Shown here piece after piece: positions 37,428 to 50,598 of a stretch of 64,000 nucleotides of DNA. The first letter of the stretch is position 1. Each line of letters starts with the position of its first letter. This DNA comes from Lobosporangium transversale (taxonomy: Eukaryota): NCBI RefSeq assembly GCF_002105155.1, contig NW_019028980.1, positions 434,001 through 498,000 on the forward strand. The letters run 5' to 3'. Position numbers and translations under genes: made by a program. The notes below the pieces were generated by a model. The model saw nothing but the letters and a program-made list of their open reading frames with translations, had not been told where the DNA came from and searched no databases.

Positions 37428-39577
37428 ATCCAAGTCATCTACAATGAAGGGTTTCACCTTGGACAAGGCCGCCCTATACGGTGAAAGCACGTGAAGAAGG
37501 ATGACTCTCGCCTCTTGAACGTAGAATGTGCTGTGGTCAATGCGCCATTTCAGATTGTAATATGATCGCGGTCATCTTCACGTCTGTGGTTTCTGCACCG
37601 TATCCACGATATATATGCTCACGTCCTCATCTCCTAATAGTTGGTTTTATAGACTTGTAAGCCAAACCAGTCCAAGAGGCGTCTCCGAGAAATGCTTTAG
37701 GCCTACGTGTATGCAGGAAGGGCCTAGCGCTATATCCTCTTCCTATATCCCGGGGTTTAGCCCATTGGAAAGCTCCGAGTAGAACCCATTTTACAGGTCT
37801 TGGAGGCTCTTTTGTGGTAATTACTTATCTTCAGCAATAACTCTTTGAAGCACCCTGGACAATCTTTATTTGTCAATTGATATCAAGTATAATACCATGG
37901 GGTTGAGTAAGGATGACCCGATTTACTTAGGTAGTGAGAGACAACTGGGTTCAGGAAGATCTCGGAGATCTCGTTTCCTCGGGTCCTTGGGGCTGACTCT
38001 TTATCTTGGCCTCCAGGTCTCTTAAAGGAATGAAAATTGCAAACCCCACTCGAGGCTGGTTCATATACAGGTCAATGGGTCATGAAAGCAATACCAAATT
38101 TTGCGATTATTTTAGTCAGATACGAACAGAAATTGGAAGCCGCCACTCCAGTGACTCATTGCATCCTAAGTACACTTAGAGCTAATGCGATACATTTATG
38201 GTAGAAGATCATTAAAGAAAAATAACAGATAGAGTTATAGAGTTGAATGTTCCAAAATGAGATGGGATCTTATTACCCTTTGTTCAGTTCTCTTTCACTT
38301 GTTCTAGTAGCTTCTCCGCCTTTTTTTTTTTTTTTTTTTTTTTTTAACTTAATACTTTTGATCGACAGTAAACAGCGTCCTTGTTTAGAAAAAGGACAAA
38401 CAGTTTTACCACTCCAGAAACTCTGGAAAACAGGCATGCATTAAAAAATGAACGATTGGTCCCTTTTTTTTAAACATTTCGCGATCTTTTTTACAGCATC
38501 ATGAGAGCTTGTGGGAATATGAGCAAAATTTAAGGCGTGTGGGCACCAACCTCTCAGGACAACACCAATCAAAATGCAACATTGACGGATGAACGAATTG
38601 AAATTCGCCATCAGAGCGTCTGCAAAAGAATCGAAGACATCAATAGTTGAGCAAGCATTAGAAGCAGTAAACCTGAGGACCCAGAGAGAGTTGAGGAACA
38701 AAGGAGAAAATGGCGAAGAAAGAGCAGAAAAAGGAGGGTCAATGCATCGAGCGAATTATCGCATATACCAGCGCCTTCACTCCGGCTTCCCCTTCACTCA
38801 TCATCAAGTCCTAGGCGGGGACATTGAATGCGAGAAAGAGCGATTGAGAGCGACGTAAAGTGTAAAAGAAGGGGATTATACAAGAGCAACTTCTGTCCAC
38901 AAAGAGAATGGTAATAGGTGGATCGAGTCCCAAACGCTTCTGCGTAGCAAAGCTTCTAATTGGTGTGTTTTAATGACACATGAGTATGATCAATATAGAT
39001 CAAGCACTCACGGCTTCTTTGTCATATAAACCGTATACTCTCCGCTCAGAAAACGCGCGGGACCAGGAAGGTAGATGTCTGGTCTATCTGTGGTGCATTA
39101 CATTCCACCAGAAATAACAAAAAAAAAAAAATTCTCGGTCCGTTGCTCTTAATGGCGAAGCAAATAACTGATCACTTGTGGCTCATAAATCAATCCAAGC
39201 AGACGCGCAGGCATTGAAACAACAATGAGTAGTAACAGATCAGACAGCTTCCTTTTTCTAGACTCATCCCTACCCAGCCATAATACCACACAATCCTATA
39301 CTAGGCCTGAATCTGGACCTGTCCTCTTCACCACAATAATTCTATAATGAGGAATTTGACAAGTAATTGCACACTAATGCATTTATTGACATTGCTTTAT
39401 GAAGCTGGTTGAAACTTCTACTTCATGGATACCAGAGAACGAGGATAGAGCTGTGGATGAAGGGTAGCGTCACGAGCAGGTAGCCAGGCTCCGTCCCATG
39501 TATAAATACATGCTACCAGTTCTTCATGCTCTTGATCTTGTATCCTTCAGTAAGCTGTTTATCTGTCTCTCATCATC

Positions 39578-40834
39578 ATGTCGTCTGTACCCATGTTCAT
39601 TAACCCTACTTCTCTTTTGGCTGCCCTTGCTTCGTCCCCAGATGACCTAGCGTTGTTTTATGACCTGTATCCGCCAACTCTCTTCTCGGGACCTAATATG
39701 ACAGCAACTCCTTCTTCGTTCCCATCCTACCCATCGATTTATATTGTGAGGCAACCAAGGCCTGACAAGCATCGTTCAAGTTATATCAACCGGTTTGGTA
39801 GTACTACGAGTAAGGCGAAGGACATTGTCACAGTATGTCAATTAGTCAAGCCATGCGATCAGCTATTGGTTCCGCCTCCTGCACTTCCAGATGAGGCCTT
39901 TGCAACTTTGCAGGCGCAGGTGGGCTCGAATGCAGGTAATGACAACAACAACAACAACAACAATCATCGAGCGCGAGAAAAAAATTAATGATAATATTAA
40001 AAAATACATGTATATGCGAAACTGATTGTATGCCCAGCTTCATATCACGCCGCCTTCATCCTTCTTCCTTTCTCACCCCTCATTTTTTTTTCTTGCGTTT
40101 CTAGTATTCATGTCAATTGCACAGGACTCTGATGTGCAGGAGTGGTTGGCTGAGCATACGAAATATCTGGAATCTACAAGTAAGGAGTAAAAGTTTTATT
40201 CTCGGTACTGTGTACTGTACTTGGCGCATCGTACTGTCCACTAAGCTTATATTTTATTCCACTATGCCAACAACAATGTCTCTTATATTTTATCATTATA
40301 AAAATATATCACTCTTTTAAACTTTATCAAGTTTGGTCAGATGAGCCATCATTAAGTGTTGACCTAGCTTTACGCCAGCAACAGCAACAACATGCATCTA
40401 ACACTGCCGAGAACTTGACTGGTAGCTTTTATGCTTCCTACTCCGGAAGCTCGGAAGCATTTGATGATAGCGATAGTGATAAAGAGTTTGGTTCTCATAA
40501 TAATGGGCAGTCTTCGTCCTCCAAACGCACCCGCTCCAATAGCTCTTCTGAACACAAGTTGCCGCCTTGGTTCCGTCCTAAAGTAGTCGATGGAGAGATC
40601 CAATACGAGATCTGGGTTGTTGGTTTCCATCATGAGCGGTCAGATGATTTGCCGCAACTACAGCAACAACAACAGACGCCTACATCCACTAAATTGGATA
40701 GATTATTATCGTCTCCAAGATTGAAGCAGTTTGTATTGGATGAGGTGGCGCAAGGGAGGATCGGGATTGATTTTAAGAGGATTATGGATGAAAAAAGACT
40801 GAATCGGAAAGCTTGTCGACGCGTCATCCGATAA
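39578..40834 (+). CDS. Unknown gene family, copy A (apparently intact, 3 exons)
   Basis: Exons about 39578-39935, 40105-40179, 40332-40834 splice in frame. Motifs YIVRQPRPDKHR and LPPWFRPKVVDGEIQYEIWVV..LDRLLSSPRLKQFVLDEVAQGRIGIDF are shared with the other copies. Confidence 0.75.
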
Positions 40835-40879
40835 GTACATTACTTAAAAAATAACACTTTGCTATACTATACTTTTATA

Positions 40880-41004
40880 TAGAGAAATGAATAAAGAAAT
40901 AAATAGAGAAATAAATAGAGAAATAAATAGAGAAATAAATAGAGAAATAAATAGAGAAATAAATAGAGAAATAGATAAAGAAATAAATAGAGAAGTGAAT
41001 AGAG
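40880..41004. repeat. 12-bp minisatellite (AAATAAATAGAG), about 10 copies
   Basis: Read directly; it generates the spurious LFLY-repeat ORF 40867..41049. Confidence 0.95.
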
Positions 41005-42482
41005 ATATGCGTTTAGAATTATACGAAAAAATAGTGAAATGAATATCAAGACAAGTTTTTGTTCAGTATATCTTTTTAAATAAATAAATCGCTGATGAAG
41101 CCCAATGCGTATTGAAGAGATATAACGGCAGGGAGCTCAAGACTAAGGAACAATTAATAAACGGTGATGGGTATGTTTGTTTAAACAGAACAGATGATCC
41201 CATGATATTGTTTTCTTTTTTTCTTTCTTTTTTTTTTATTCTCGCTTTTGAATATTCTATTTGAAGTATTTGAGATAGGATGGCTGCGGCAATGAAAAAA
41301 AGTAACCAACCAATCACGGTAGAGCTGAGTAACGGCTGCTATGCTCAGCTACTCCTCACTTCTTTTGGTGTATGTTACACTCTCGGTGGGCGAAATCAGG
41401 AAAATAAGGAATATAAGGATAGAATATGTTCATAACCAAATAAAAATGACGACGAGGTCGGACAACATTTACCCTTGTGTTTTTTTTTTCTTTTTTTTTT
41501 GTTTCTGTTGTTTCTCCTCTTTTCTTCGTCACAAGCAGCCAAGTTGATTCATTCGTTATAAATATGTTATAACTCATGTATGCGCTTTGTTAGGTTGAGA
41601 ACAGATACAATAGCAACCAACAAGATTGTAAAGTAGCCCATGTGTGAAAAAACAAACAAAACGCTTGACCATATAGAACGAACGAATAACGTCTATGGTC
41701 CTGTGATGGCAGGTAGGAAAGCTCGGCCTGCATTGGAAGGGTCTTGCAGTTGAACATTAATATAAACGGTAAGTAGTAGAAAAAAGGTTGAATAAAAACA
41801 AACAACAATAATAACAATAGCCACCACCAAAGCAACCATAGAAAAAAAAAAAAAAATAGCAATCCAATAAAAAGAGTGAAGGGTAGAGATGAACTAAAGC
41901 CACCATATCGGGCTCATTTCCACAAACCTGAGAAATTGAAAGGGTCTTCTTTAATGCGAGTTGAATTCGAAAAACGAACCGCGCCATCGAACAATATTTT
42001 GTCGCTGATATATATATTGTGCTCGTCATTTGCTCATGTACATGTTGTAAAAATATATTGATTGAATGGGATTTGAGTATTGAATCGGTGGCTGATTTTG
42101 GCCACCAACTCATTTAAAATTATTCAAAATTCTGAGCCGACCAAATCAATTCAATAATTATATGTTTTTAGAATATGTTCATGACCAAATGACGAGGACA
42201 ATATATTTTATATATTTAAATGTATACATGTGCTCTGCATTTCATCCTAAATTTTACTCGTCCAGAGGAAGCGGCTTATTCAGAAAAAAAAAAATGGAAA
42301 GTCGGCCGGCGGGCTCATTTTGGTAGATGTCTGATGGATGGGATATTTCTATATGGGATTCAGAATGCTCAATTGAAATTTGGAAACTAATCCTAGATTT
42401 TATTTAAATACCATGTACTTTGATTTTCATCTTTTTCTTTATTTCTTATTTCTTTGATACCCTATTCCTTTGGTTCTTTATC

Positions 42483-42989
42483 ATGCTACCACCCATCATC
42501 AATGTTCTCCATCTCGTGGCGTTCGCCATTGCTTTCTACGGAGATAACGAAGCAGTCAACCTCCTAAAACACTATTTCGGCCAGTTTAACGGTCCCCAAA
42601 CATTCCTATACACTGTCCGACACCCTGAACCTGCGAAACACCGCAGAGGATTTGCTGGCCATTGGTCTTCTTTCGGGTCTGCGCGTCCTGATGGAGCAGT
42701 CGTTGTTGCAAAGTTACTCTCTATCGAATGTGGTGATTCTTCTGTTGCCTCTACAGCCTCTGCAACATATCCTAGTCTGCATGCTGCGCATTTCCAAAGT
42801 AAGACGCATAAACACAATTGCTTGACGACAATGACACCTTTTTTTTTGCCTTCATAAACGTGGCCCTCTCCTTTATATTTCCACGCTAAAAAAATTTTGT
42901 CGATCCAAACTTTAATTTCCTTCTCCTCGTTCAATTAGGTTTCCCTGATGCTGTAGCGGATCTGTTTTGGAATGAAGAGTTCTGTAAGA

Positions 42990-43024
<35 letters not shown>

Positions 43025-43516
43025 TTCAGTCTCACTAGATCGCATAGCATTCTGCGTATTCTGACTCTGCCAATGGACATCTGATTCTCTTGTACTCTAG
43101 TCCGGCTCCTTTCTGTAGATAATATCATCCCCACAAGTACAAACTATGAGGGACAGAACTTGGCAGTACCTCTTTTGAGCACTGTGCCGGCCCCCATAGA
43201 TATTCATAGCGAGTACCCTACATCAGAAGAGGATGATAATGATGGAACAGCTCTGTACAATCGTCACGCATTACCATCATGCTTCCGTGCCAAGAAAGTG
43301 AATGGCAAGGTTCGATTCGAGATCTGGGTTGTAGCCCAGGTATCGGTTGCTGAGTATATAGCGAATAATCACAAGAATAACAATGGCATCAATGAGTCAG
43401 AATTAAGGAGCAATATCAGCAATGACCTTGATGTCTTATTGGACTCATCCTTAATCAAGGAGTACGTACTATCTGAAGTAGCCCAGGGTAGGATTGGGGT
43501 CGACTTTCGGGGGTGA
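42483..43516 (+). CDS. Unknown gene family, copy B (apparently intact, 3 exons)
   Basis: ATG 42483; exons about 42483-42797, 42939-42983, 43101-43516 in frame. YTVRHPEPAKHRRGF and LPSCFRAKKVNGKVRFEIWVVAQV..LLDSSLIKEYVLSEVAQGRIGVDF. Confidence 0.75.
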
Positions 43517-43949
43517 GAGGATGTGCTATTGCGGTAGAGGCATAGTCGAGCGTGCAGCCTCGTCTACTAAACTTCTCCTCCTTCAAGTGGGTACCTAAAA
43601 AGTTAAATTCCTGGAGAATTTGCAGCAACAAATAGTAATTATGAGGAAACGAGTAAATAAAATAAATAAATAATAATAGTAATAATAAAAACAGACAGAC
43701 AAATAGTACATTAGCAAAGCGCTCAAGGAGCCTTGTAGTATTCGCTAGCAACCATAGCTGGGTAAATCGAGATGATGTAGCGATCATGGATAAGTATGCG
43801 TTGCAACTATGGATATTGATCGTCTCAATATCATGACTACCTGTAAATGCAGTTTAATTGTCGTATCCCCCCCCCCCTCCCCCTCCATCGTTGCTGTTAC
43901 TTGCTAGCCCAACCTGCGCCGTCGTAATTAGGCGTCAATTTAACTATGC

Positions 43950-44340
43950 TCCAGCAATAGCAGCAGCATCAGTAACAGTAGTGGTTTCCACCTAATATCA
44001 CTGAGAACTTGACTGGTAACCTTGGGATATGTGGACTGTTCGTTGCCGTGAGGGCTAAAAGCTTCATCGCTGTCATCTTTGCCGCTATTGCCATTGCTAT
44101 CATTGCCATTACTATCATCATCATCACTCAGTGTGTTCGAGTCTTCAGTTAAGAGATACGTGTATAAGGGGTACTCGCTCCGACAGTTCTTCTGGACAGA
44201 GCCTCTCTTGGCTCCATCCTAAAGCGGCCAATGCAGAGAGCTAGGTTGTTGGTTGTATTTTGAGTACTCAGATGATTCATCACAACAACAGCAAAAAGTA
44301 CCAGTATCTACTAAACTAGATAGCTTGCTATCATCCTCCA
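43950..44340 (+). pseudogene. Unknown gene family, degenerate remnant of exon 3 most similar to copy A
   Basis: GAGAACTTGACTGGTA is shared with about 40409-40424. CTTGGCTCCATCCTAAAG..GTTGTTGGTT..CAGATGATT..ACTAAACTAGATAGCTTGCTATCATCCTCC aligns to about 40565-40717, with deletions. Confidence 0.65.
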
Positions 44341-45499
44341 TGGCGGAAGCAGTGTGTGTTGAATAAAATAGTGCAGGACTGGACTGAGAATGATTTCAAG
44401 TAAAATGTATTTTAATAGGCAATTGAATAGAGCAGATTGAATCGAACAATAAATTGTAAATTGTAGAGTGGCATAAGAAAAAAAAAGCTTTTGCTGCGCC
44501 AAAGATGGGTGAAAACACAAATACATTTTATTTAGTTTGAATAATTGATCTGTATGACAGAACAAACTCTCCTTCCTGTCCAAACCTCCAAACAGTCAAC
44601 AGTACGCTCTTCAGTGTAACATCATAGTAAGGACTGAAAAAGGGTCTTTTGAGCACGTACTAAGGTTAAAATAGCAGCGCTTTTTCACAACTAAAAAAAC
44701 AAAAGAAAATGGACATGTCATCAAAAGGACATGGAGGGATATTAGAATCTTGAAGTTTTACCAACCTTAGGTCTGCGCATACCCCCTCTTTGGCTTCACA
44801 TTCACTGAGGGTTTTTTTTCCGCGGAACAGAACAACAAACAAAGGTGTGGCCTTGGGGGATTGGTGGAAAGAATGAACGCATTGACCTACATTCAGAAGT
44901 GAAGTATCAACCCAAAAAGAAAATTTGGATCAGTGGACTCAGAAAGGAAAGCCCAACCAAGATGTGAACCCATGAATGCACAATGGAGCAAAAAAGGGGC
45001 AAAAAAGAGACCTTTATACATTCATACATTTATAAATGTAATTGAAAAAACAACGGCGTTGACAACCGTCCAGGTTATCTATTAAATTAGCATACATGTA
45101 TGGTACTTTGATTTAGGGAAACTGGACATTATTCAGGGCATTTCCTAACTGTGTGCCCTAAAGATCTGATTCATTAATCCGCTATACTGGATTTGAGAAT
45201 ATATCATACGGACATTTTCTTTTATTACAATAAATGTACAAACAAACAAAAATAAAAAAAGCTCACCAGGCGAATGAATCAAGAGAACTTAATGTAAAAC
45301 GTCAATCCTTTATTCCTTTTCAGTGTGGTTTGATGTATGTGAGTCATTTTCGGATCAATGGACCCAACGAAGGACAGTAATACAGCAGTTGTATAATAAT
45401 GAGTTCTATGGACATATTGAGTACATTCAATATGTCAAAATTTTGGACAACTGGGCTTTGGATCCAAAAGGAAGAAGTCATGCATCAGCTTCTATTGAA

Positions 45500-47218
45500 T
45501 TTATTTCAATAACTGCCTGCTGCTTTTCTTTAAAGTAAACCGTTAAATAAGATCAATAGTATTATAATGCCTTGGCATGAAGAACAAGGCGCCATTTGTT
45601 AGCTCATGGGGCGTTGATGGCAATTAGTGATTGGGAACAGTTTATTTTTAAAGGTATGTGTTTTATATGGATTCCCTTGCGTCCGCGGAACTCATTGCCA
45701 TTGCTCTCGCCAGTCTTTCTTGGCCATACTGTGAAAGCGTTGCAAGCTGTATTCCATTTTTGGCCTTGATACTATGCCCTGTAGTTAAAGAAGGGTTTTG
45801 TTCTGTCACTGTTAGGATCATAAAATTGGTCCTTAATACCTCTCCAAAGATCATAGCTATTTCGTCAGATCTTGCAGTGCGTATTCCTTTAAGCAAGCCC
45901 TTCATACGCAACCAGTCACTCCTAAAGAATATGAAGTCGTATTAAAACGCTATCGCCAAGATGTTTTGATGGAGCATCAACATGGTATACCTCGCTTTGA
46001 AGCCATCTTTCATGCGATCTTCCCATAACTTCTGCACATGGAAGTGGCAGAAGTGGATTGATGCGGAGGGAAATACCCCCTGAATAGCTTCACTCTGTGT
46101 CATAGAACAGCCCACCATGAACTTTGACATCTTGAAGCCGCACTCAGTTCTAAGCCATGATAACCATCTCTTTGTGGCGAACCTATCGTTCAACATAATG
46201 CAATGGTCTTAGTTTGGTAAGCACTATCTTTCTCAGAGGCATAGCGACCCTCCGTGTGGAGTCTATACAGGCTATCAAGCTGTTACTCTCTACAGCCTGT
46301 TGAAGGTAGAAACGAGGACGGTAAGTAACGCTAACGCCAAATGGACCATATTATGGATCTCCTTACCTCCAACTGGGACTTCGTACACCAGGCAATCAGA
46401 CAGCTTTATGGGTTGTTGACACCAATTTCATTAGAAAACCATCTTTTACCCTCGCTTGCTTGAATTTCTTTCATCCATCCCTCAACACTGGTGACAATGC
46501 TATCGTTTCTTGTGAATCCCTTTATCTGTTTATGGTAGATCCCTGCACGTGCACCGTTATAAATGATAAGGAAGATTAGAGGGATACTTTCGTCTCAGCC
46601 TCAATCTGTAAACCATGAGATATCAGTCAAGGCCTAAGTAAATGCAAAAACTTTATACACACTGAGGTGATCATTACCATCAGAAGAGCCTCTTCACTTG
46701 ACCTCAGACCATTATTGATATATTTCCAATCATAGCCGCTGGGGACTATTGACTTCATCCAGTTGCGCTCGCTAGGGCCTTTGTCTTGATTGTGATGTCT
46801 ATAATACTCCATCATAGCCCGATCTCGTTCAGCAGGCTTTTTAATCCTGCTATAGACTAGGCATTTATTACCAACTGAATCCCGATGAATGGTCAACTTT
46901 TCTTTCGAATCTTGACGCCAACAGATGTATTGACTGTCCAATCGAATTCACATGAATGACTACGGCCAGGGTATGCGTAGGAAATGGTTTATCCAGCTTC
47001 TCTTTGTGGGTAAGAATGGATCGAGAATTGCTCTCCGAACACTCTACCCATTGATACACAAGCCTTCCTTGGCTCCAAAACTCTCGGAACGCGTTGAATG
47101 TGGAAACTGTAGTAAAAGGACCGGCTGTTTCCTTAGAAATGGGGCAGGAGGCTACTGGTTGATGTGGATTAAAAGTTGGCGAGTGTGGTAAGATGTCCTT
47201 TATCGTCAAGCGGCCCAT
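45500..47218 (-). mobile_element. Degenerate MULE (Mutator-like) transposase
   Basis: FAR1/WRKY-like zinc-finger remnant (QYICWRQ..S.GNKC...MEYYRHHN); eroded first-Asp motif (TTHKAV near 46405-46422); MULE core FMVGCSMTQSEAIQGVFPSASIHFCHFHV with the CxxH signature and the second Asp read as Gly. Many frameshifts; TIRs not found. Confidence 0.75.
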
Positions 47219-48050
47219 GCTTTGGTTATGGTCGAGGTTTCAAACAGAATAGAGAAGAGGAAGAAGAACATCGGTAAGTTCTATTTCGGCAACGCCGCCA
47301 AGTATATATATTGACAATTACAATACCATCAAGTACCGCCGACGGTCCCTAGTGTGATTCTCCACCGTCGCGCTCCAATGTAATGCCAGTTTTTATATTA
47401 AAAACATCATGCTCGTTCACACCGAATTTTAAAAAAATTGGACTGATGCCACATGAAATATCATGCAAGAATTCACACGATGATTTTTTTTTTTTTTTTT
47501 TTTTTTTTATCACTCAACATCTCTCTCATTAGTAGCTCCATCAATATTTCCACATCCATATTAATATCGCCCCTTAGCAATGGGAATGGAGGACCTCTGG
47601 CCTTTTCTTCTAAAGACAGGCTACGAGACAACTCCCCACTGCCATTCTTCAATCTGCTCCACCTCTAATCCTTCCTATCCTTTCAATTTACGGCGCTCTC
47701 ATAAGATTCGATGTCCTAGGAACTTTTATCCCATAATTTGAAACGCATACTCCAATCATCCCCTTGATACAGTCCACAAGATCATGGAAAGGGGGCAGGG
47801 AAGTATGGAGCACCATTAAACCTTATCCTGTATATCGACGGTGGTGCCTCTGAGAAAAAAGACATATCCACATATATCGAGAGGAAGCGCGAGCCAAGGC
47901 ATTGCACATGGTAAATTAAAAGGTGCAGCTTGGTCATGGTTTGCTTAAACGTGTTATTGCTACAAAAAAGTGATATTTAAGGGACTATCTAACGCCACAA
48001 TTAAAGGACACATCGCACCTTGTCCTTTTCGTGTTTCAAAGCATCAAAAC

Positions 48051-50256
48051 ATGAGCCGCGGTTCACAGTTCTTTCTGGACTGCTCAGTCGAACACTGGTC
48101 AGACTTGGCCATGTTCATCTCATATTTAAGCAAAAATAATCCTTCTGAAGCACCTGAGAAGCATCTGAAGTTGTACCAGTCTTCTCTTCGTGCTACATTG
48201 GAAGATCCTGCTTCGTCCGATGAACAAAAGAAGGTCGCAGGGAATCTGGTCGCTCAGGTGGAGGTTAGTATGATGAATGTTGACATTTTTTATAATGTAA
48301 AAGTGCTCCGTTTAAGTAAGCCATATGATACAGCTAGAGCATATGCGAAATGCGTGGGAGACTACTGGAGAGGAATCTTCACCTGTAGCTTCGAAACGGA
48401 AGGGAGATAGGACGGAAGGCAGGGTTTCGAGGTTCGCCGAGCCGTGGCTTTCTCTTATGTATCATTTGAGGGCCAAGGTATTTTTCTCTGAATGTATAAT
48501 AATAAACGTATACGTGATATGAAGACATGTTTTAAACATCCATTGCATTTGCAGGTCAAAGGAGAGCCTCAAACTACTATCACTAGGTCTACAGTCCACC
48601 TGAGCAACTTACACATTGATATATATGACTTTGTCTGCGCTCGTTTGTCCCAAAAGGAGCAGCTATCCAAAGTGATGGAGCTTGATGTGTGGTATGTCAT
48701 CCTGGATAACTCTATTTTGTTTATGATCATAATGGTCGGCTTTACTTACAGGGTTTTATTACATGAACATGCGTAGTGTTGCGCTTTCAGGGATTATAAA
48801 TACAAGAATTCAAGATCCTCAATATTTCTTTTAATGTGCACCTATTGAACGAAATTCGAACGAAATGCGTTCAAGTAGACTTCTCCCAATCCAGTAAAAT
48901 CGATGGACTAGGAGAGGTGATGGAGGAGTTAAAAGAAGCCTCAGCTGAAGTGACTGAAGAAGACAGAGTCATTGATTTAAATCGACTCTCAGATAAGATG
49001 ATCCAGCTGATGGCAGTGAAGACTAAGGCTCACAATGGGATTCACAAGGCAGTTTTTTCAGCGGTTCATTTCATGTAAGTCAGTTCAGAGAAAATTCAAA
49101 GCATTTATGGTTTCAATTGTATTCAGGCAGAAACTGACTTACCACTGTTTTTATCTTTGATGTTTTTGAATACTAATAGGGCCTTGGAAAAGCCGAACAC
49201 ATTGATGTCAGAATCCAAAGTTGTATCCATTTGGGAGTATGTACTAAGTTGTTTCACCAACCATAACATGAATTTCAAAAGGTGGATACTGAAAACGGTG
49301 GATTCACTTTATGGCTATTATGACTTACTGAAGGAAATTGTTAGGCACACTGTACCGAGGCTTGGGAGTACTTCCAATTTTGATCTCCTTGACTCCAGCC
49401 TACGTAGAAAACATCTCAGAAATAGAGGTATCTTACATAGAATATACTTTTATTAGTGGAGAACTTGATAGTAAAGCATCTAAATACCAGAACGAAATCT
49501 TTGGAGAAGAACTAAACACGGATACCTCAATTTCAGTTTACGGCAAGAAAGTCAATCTACAGTGCGGATTGAAGATGACTTGGAGCTGAACAACAGTGAG
49601 TTCAAGAAGTGCTTTACCTCTCAACAGAAGCTCGACCTCTAAGTCAGGAAGAACTTATTGGTCAGCCACTCTATGCTGCTGCATCCGGAGGAGAAGATCG
49701 AATGGTGGTCCTGGGAAGATTTCCATTTGTTGGCGATGGATGTTCATGGTAAGTAACATAACAAATTTTGTCGACGGAAATATATTCAACATCTCACCAG
49801 CCGGTCCGTGTTAGGATGAACGGCAAGTATTTTCTGTTTGAAGCGCATAGAAGATGTTTTTGTCTGTGATTTAGTGACAGACCATGGTCCAATGTTGCCT
49901 CACTGCAACACGTCATGGAACGAGTTCCTTTCAGGCACAGACGAGACGATTGCTACACTATGGGATTACTCGGTAGGTTAATGTCACGGTAAATGCCATT
50001 TTAATAGAAAAAAGAGCCGTTCACGTCCTCATTGTGGATACCGTAATGCATTTAATAGAAATACTTGGAAGGGTATGCTAAGGGAGCACGAAGGAGGAAG
50101 TTGAAGCACCAAGGTACGAAAGCCACGACATATCGTCGCTCGGTAACGAGGCACCCATGGACTTTGGGACAATTTACAGTATTTCCTCCAACAGTGTCCC
50201 GGTTTAAAAAGGACGCAAATAGTCAACCTTCGACCAGTTCAACGAAAGAGCTGTAA
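48051..50256 (+). pseudogene. Multi-exon pseudogene with a C-terminal PD-(D/E)xK restriction-endonuclease-like motif
   Basis: About 8 exons with GT-AG introns. Motif SGELDSKASK..YGKKVNLQC..LELNNSEFKK..VRKNL..LLAMDVHG. Lesions: T-run frameshift near 48830, frameshift near 49570, in-frame stops near 49640 and 49817. Confidence 0.55.
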
Positions 50257-50547
50257 GAAAATGCAAAAGTAGATGAAGATAAAGGGGACATGGCTATAGT
50301 TACAGTACAAAACGTCATGTATCGCAACCAATAAATAGTGGTTCTTCTCAAAAATATTTTAATTTGAAATCCGGTAATGGTCAGTCATTTAAATCCATCT
50401 ACACTACGTGAGCGATTCAGACACCCTGCGCTAGGGAATGAATATTAAATGAATATTTATTTCTCTTCATACCATATTGCATAGTCATGCAAGGCAATAG
50501 CGTCTTGCTCTCATCTTCACTTTCTATTTAAATCCTTAAGATACCTA

Positions 50548-50581
<34 letters not shown>

Positions 50582-50598
50582 CCTTATGACCGCCTATT

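Noticed and set aside
39148..39164. 17-nt exact inverted match (CTTAATGGCGAAGCAAA) to the F-box upstream region 27245-27261
   Set aside because: One 17-mer match is roughly expected by chance in 64 kb, and the flanks do not extend collinearly.
40867..41049. ORF with LFLY repeats
   Set aside because: Translation of the 12-bp minisatellite.
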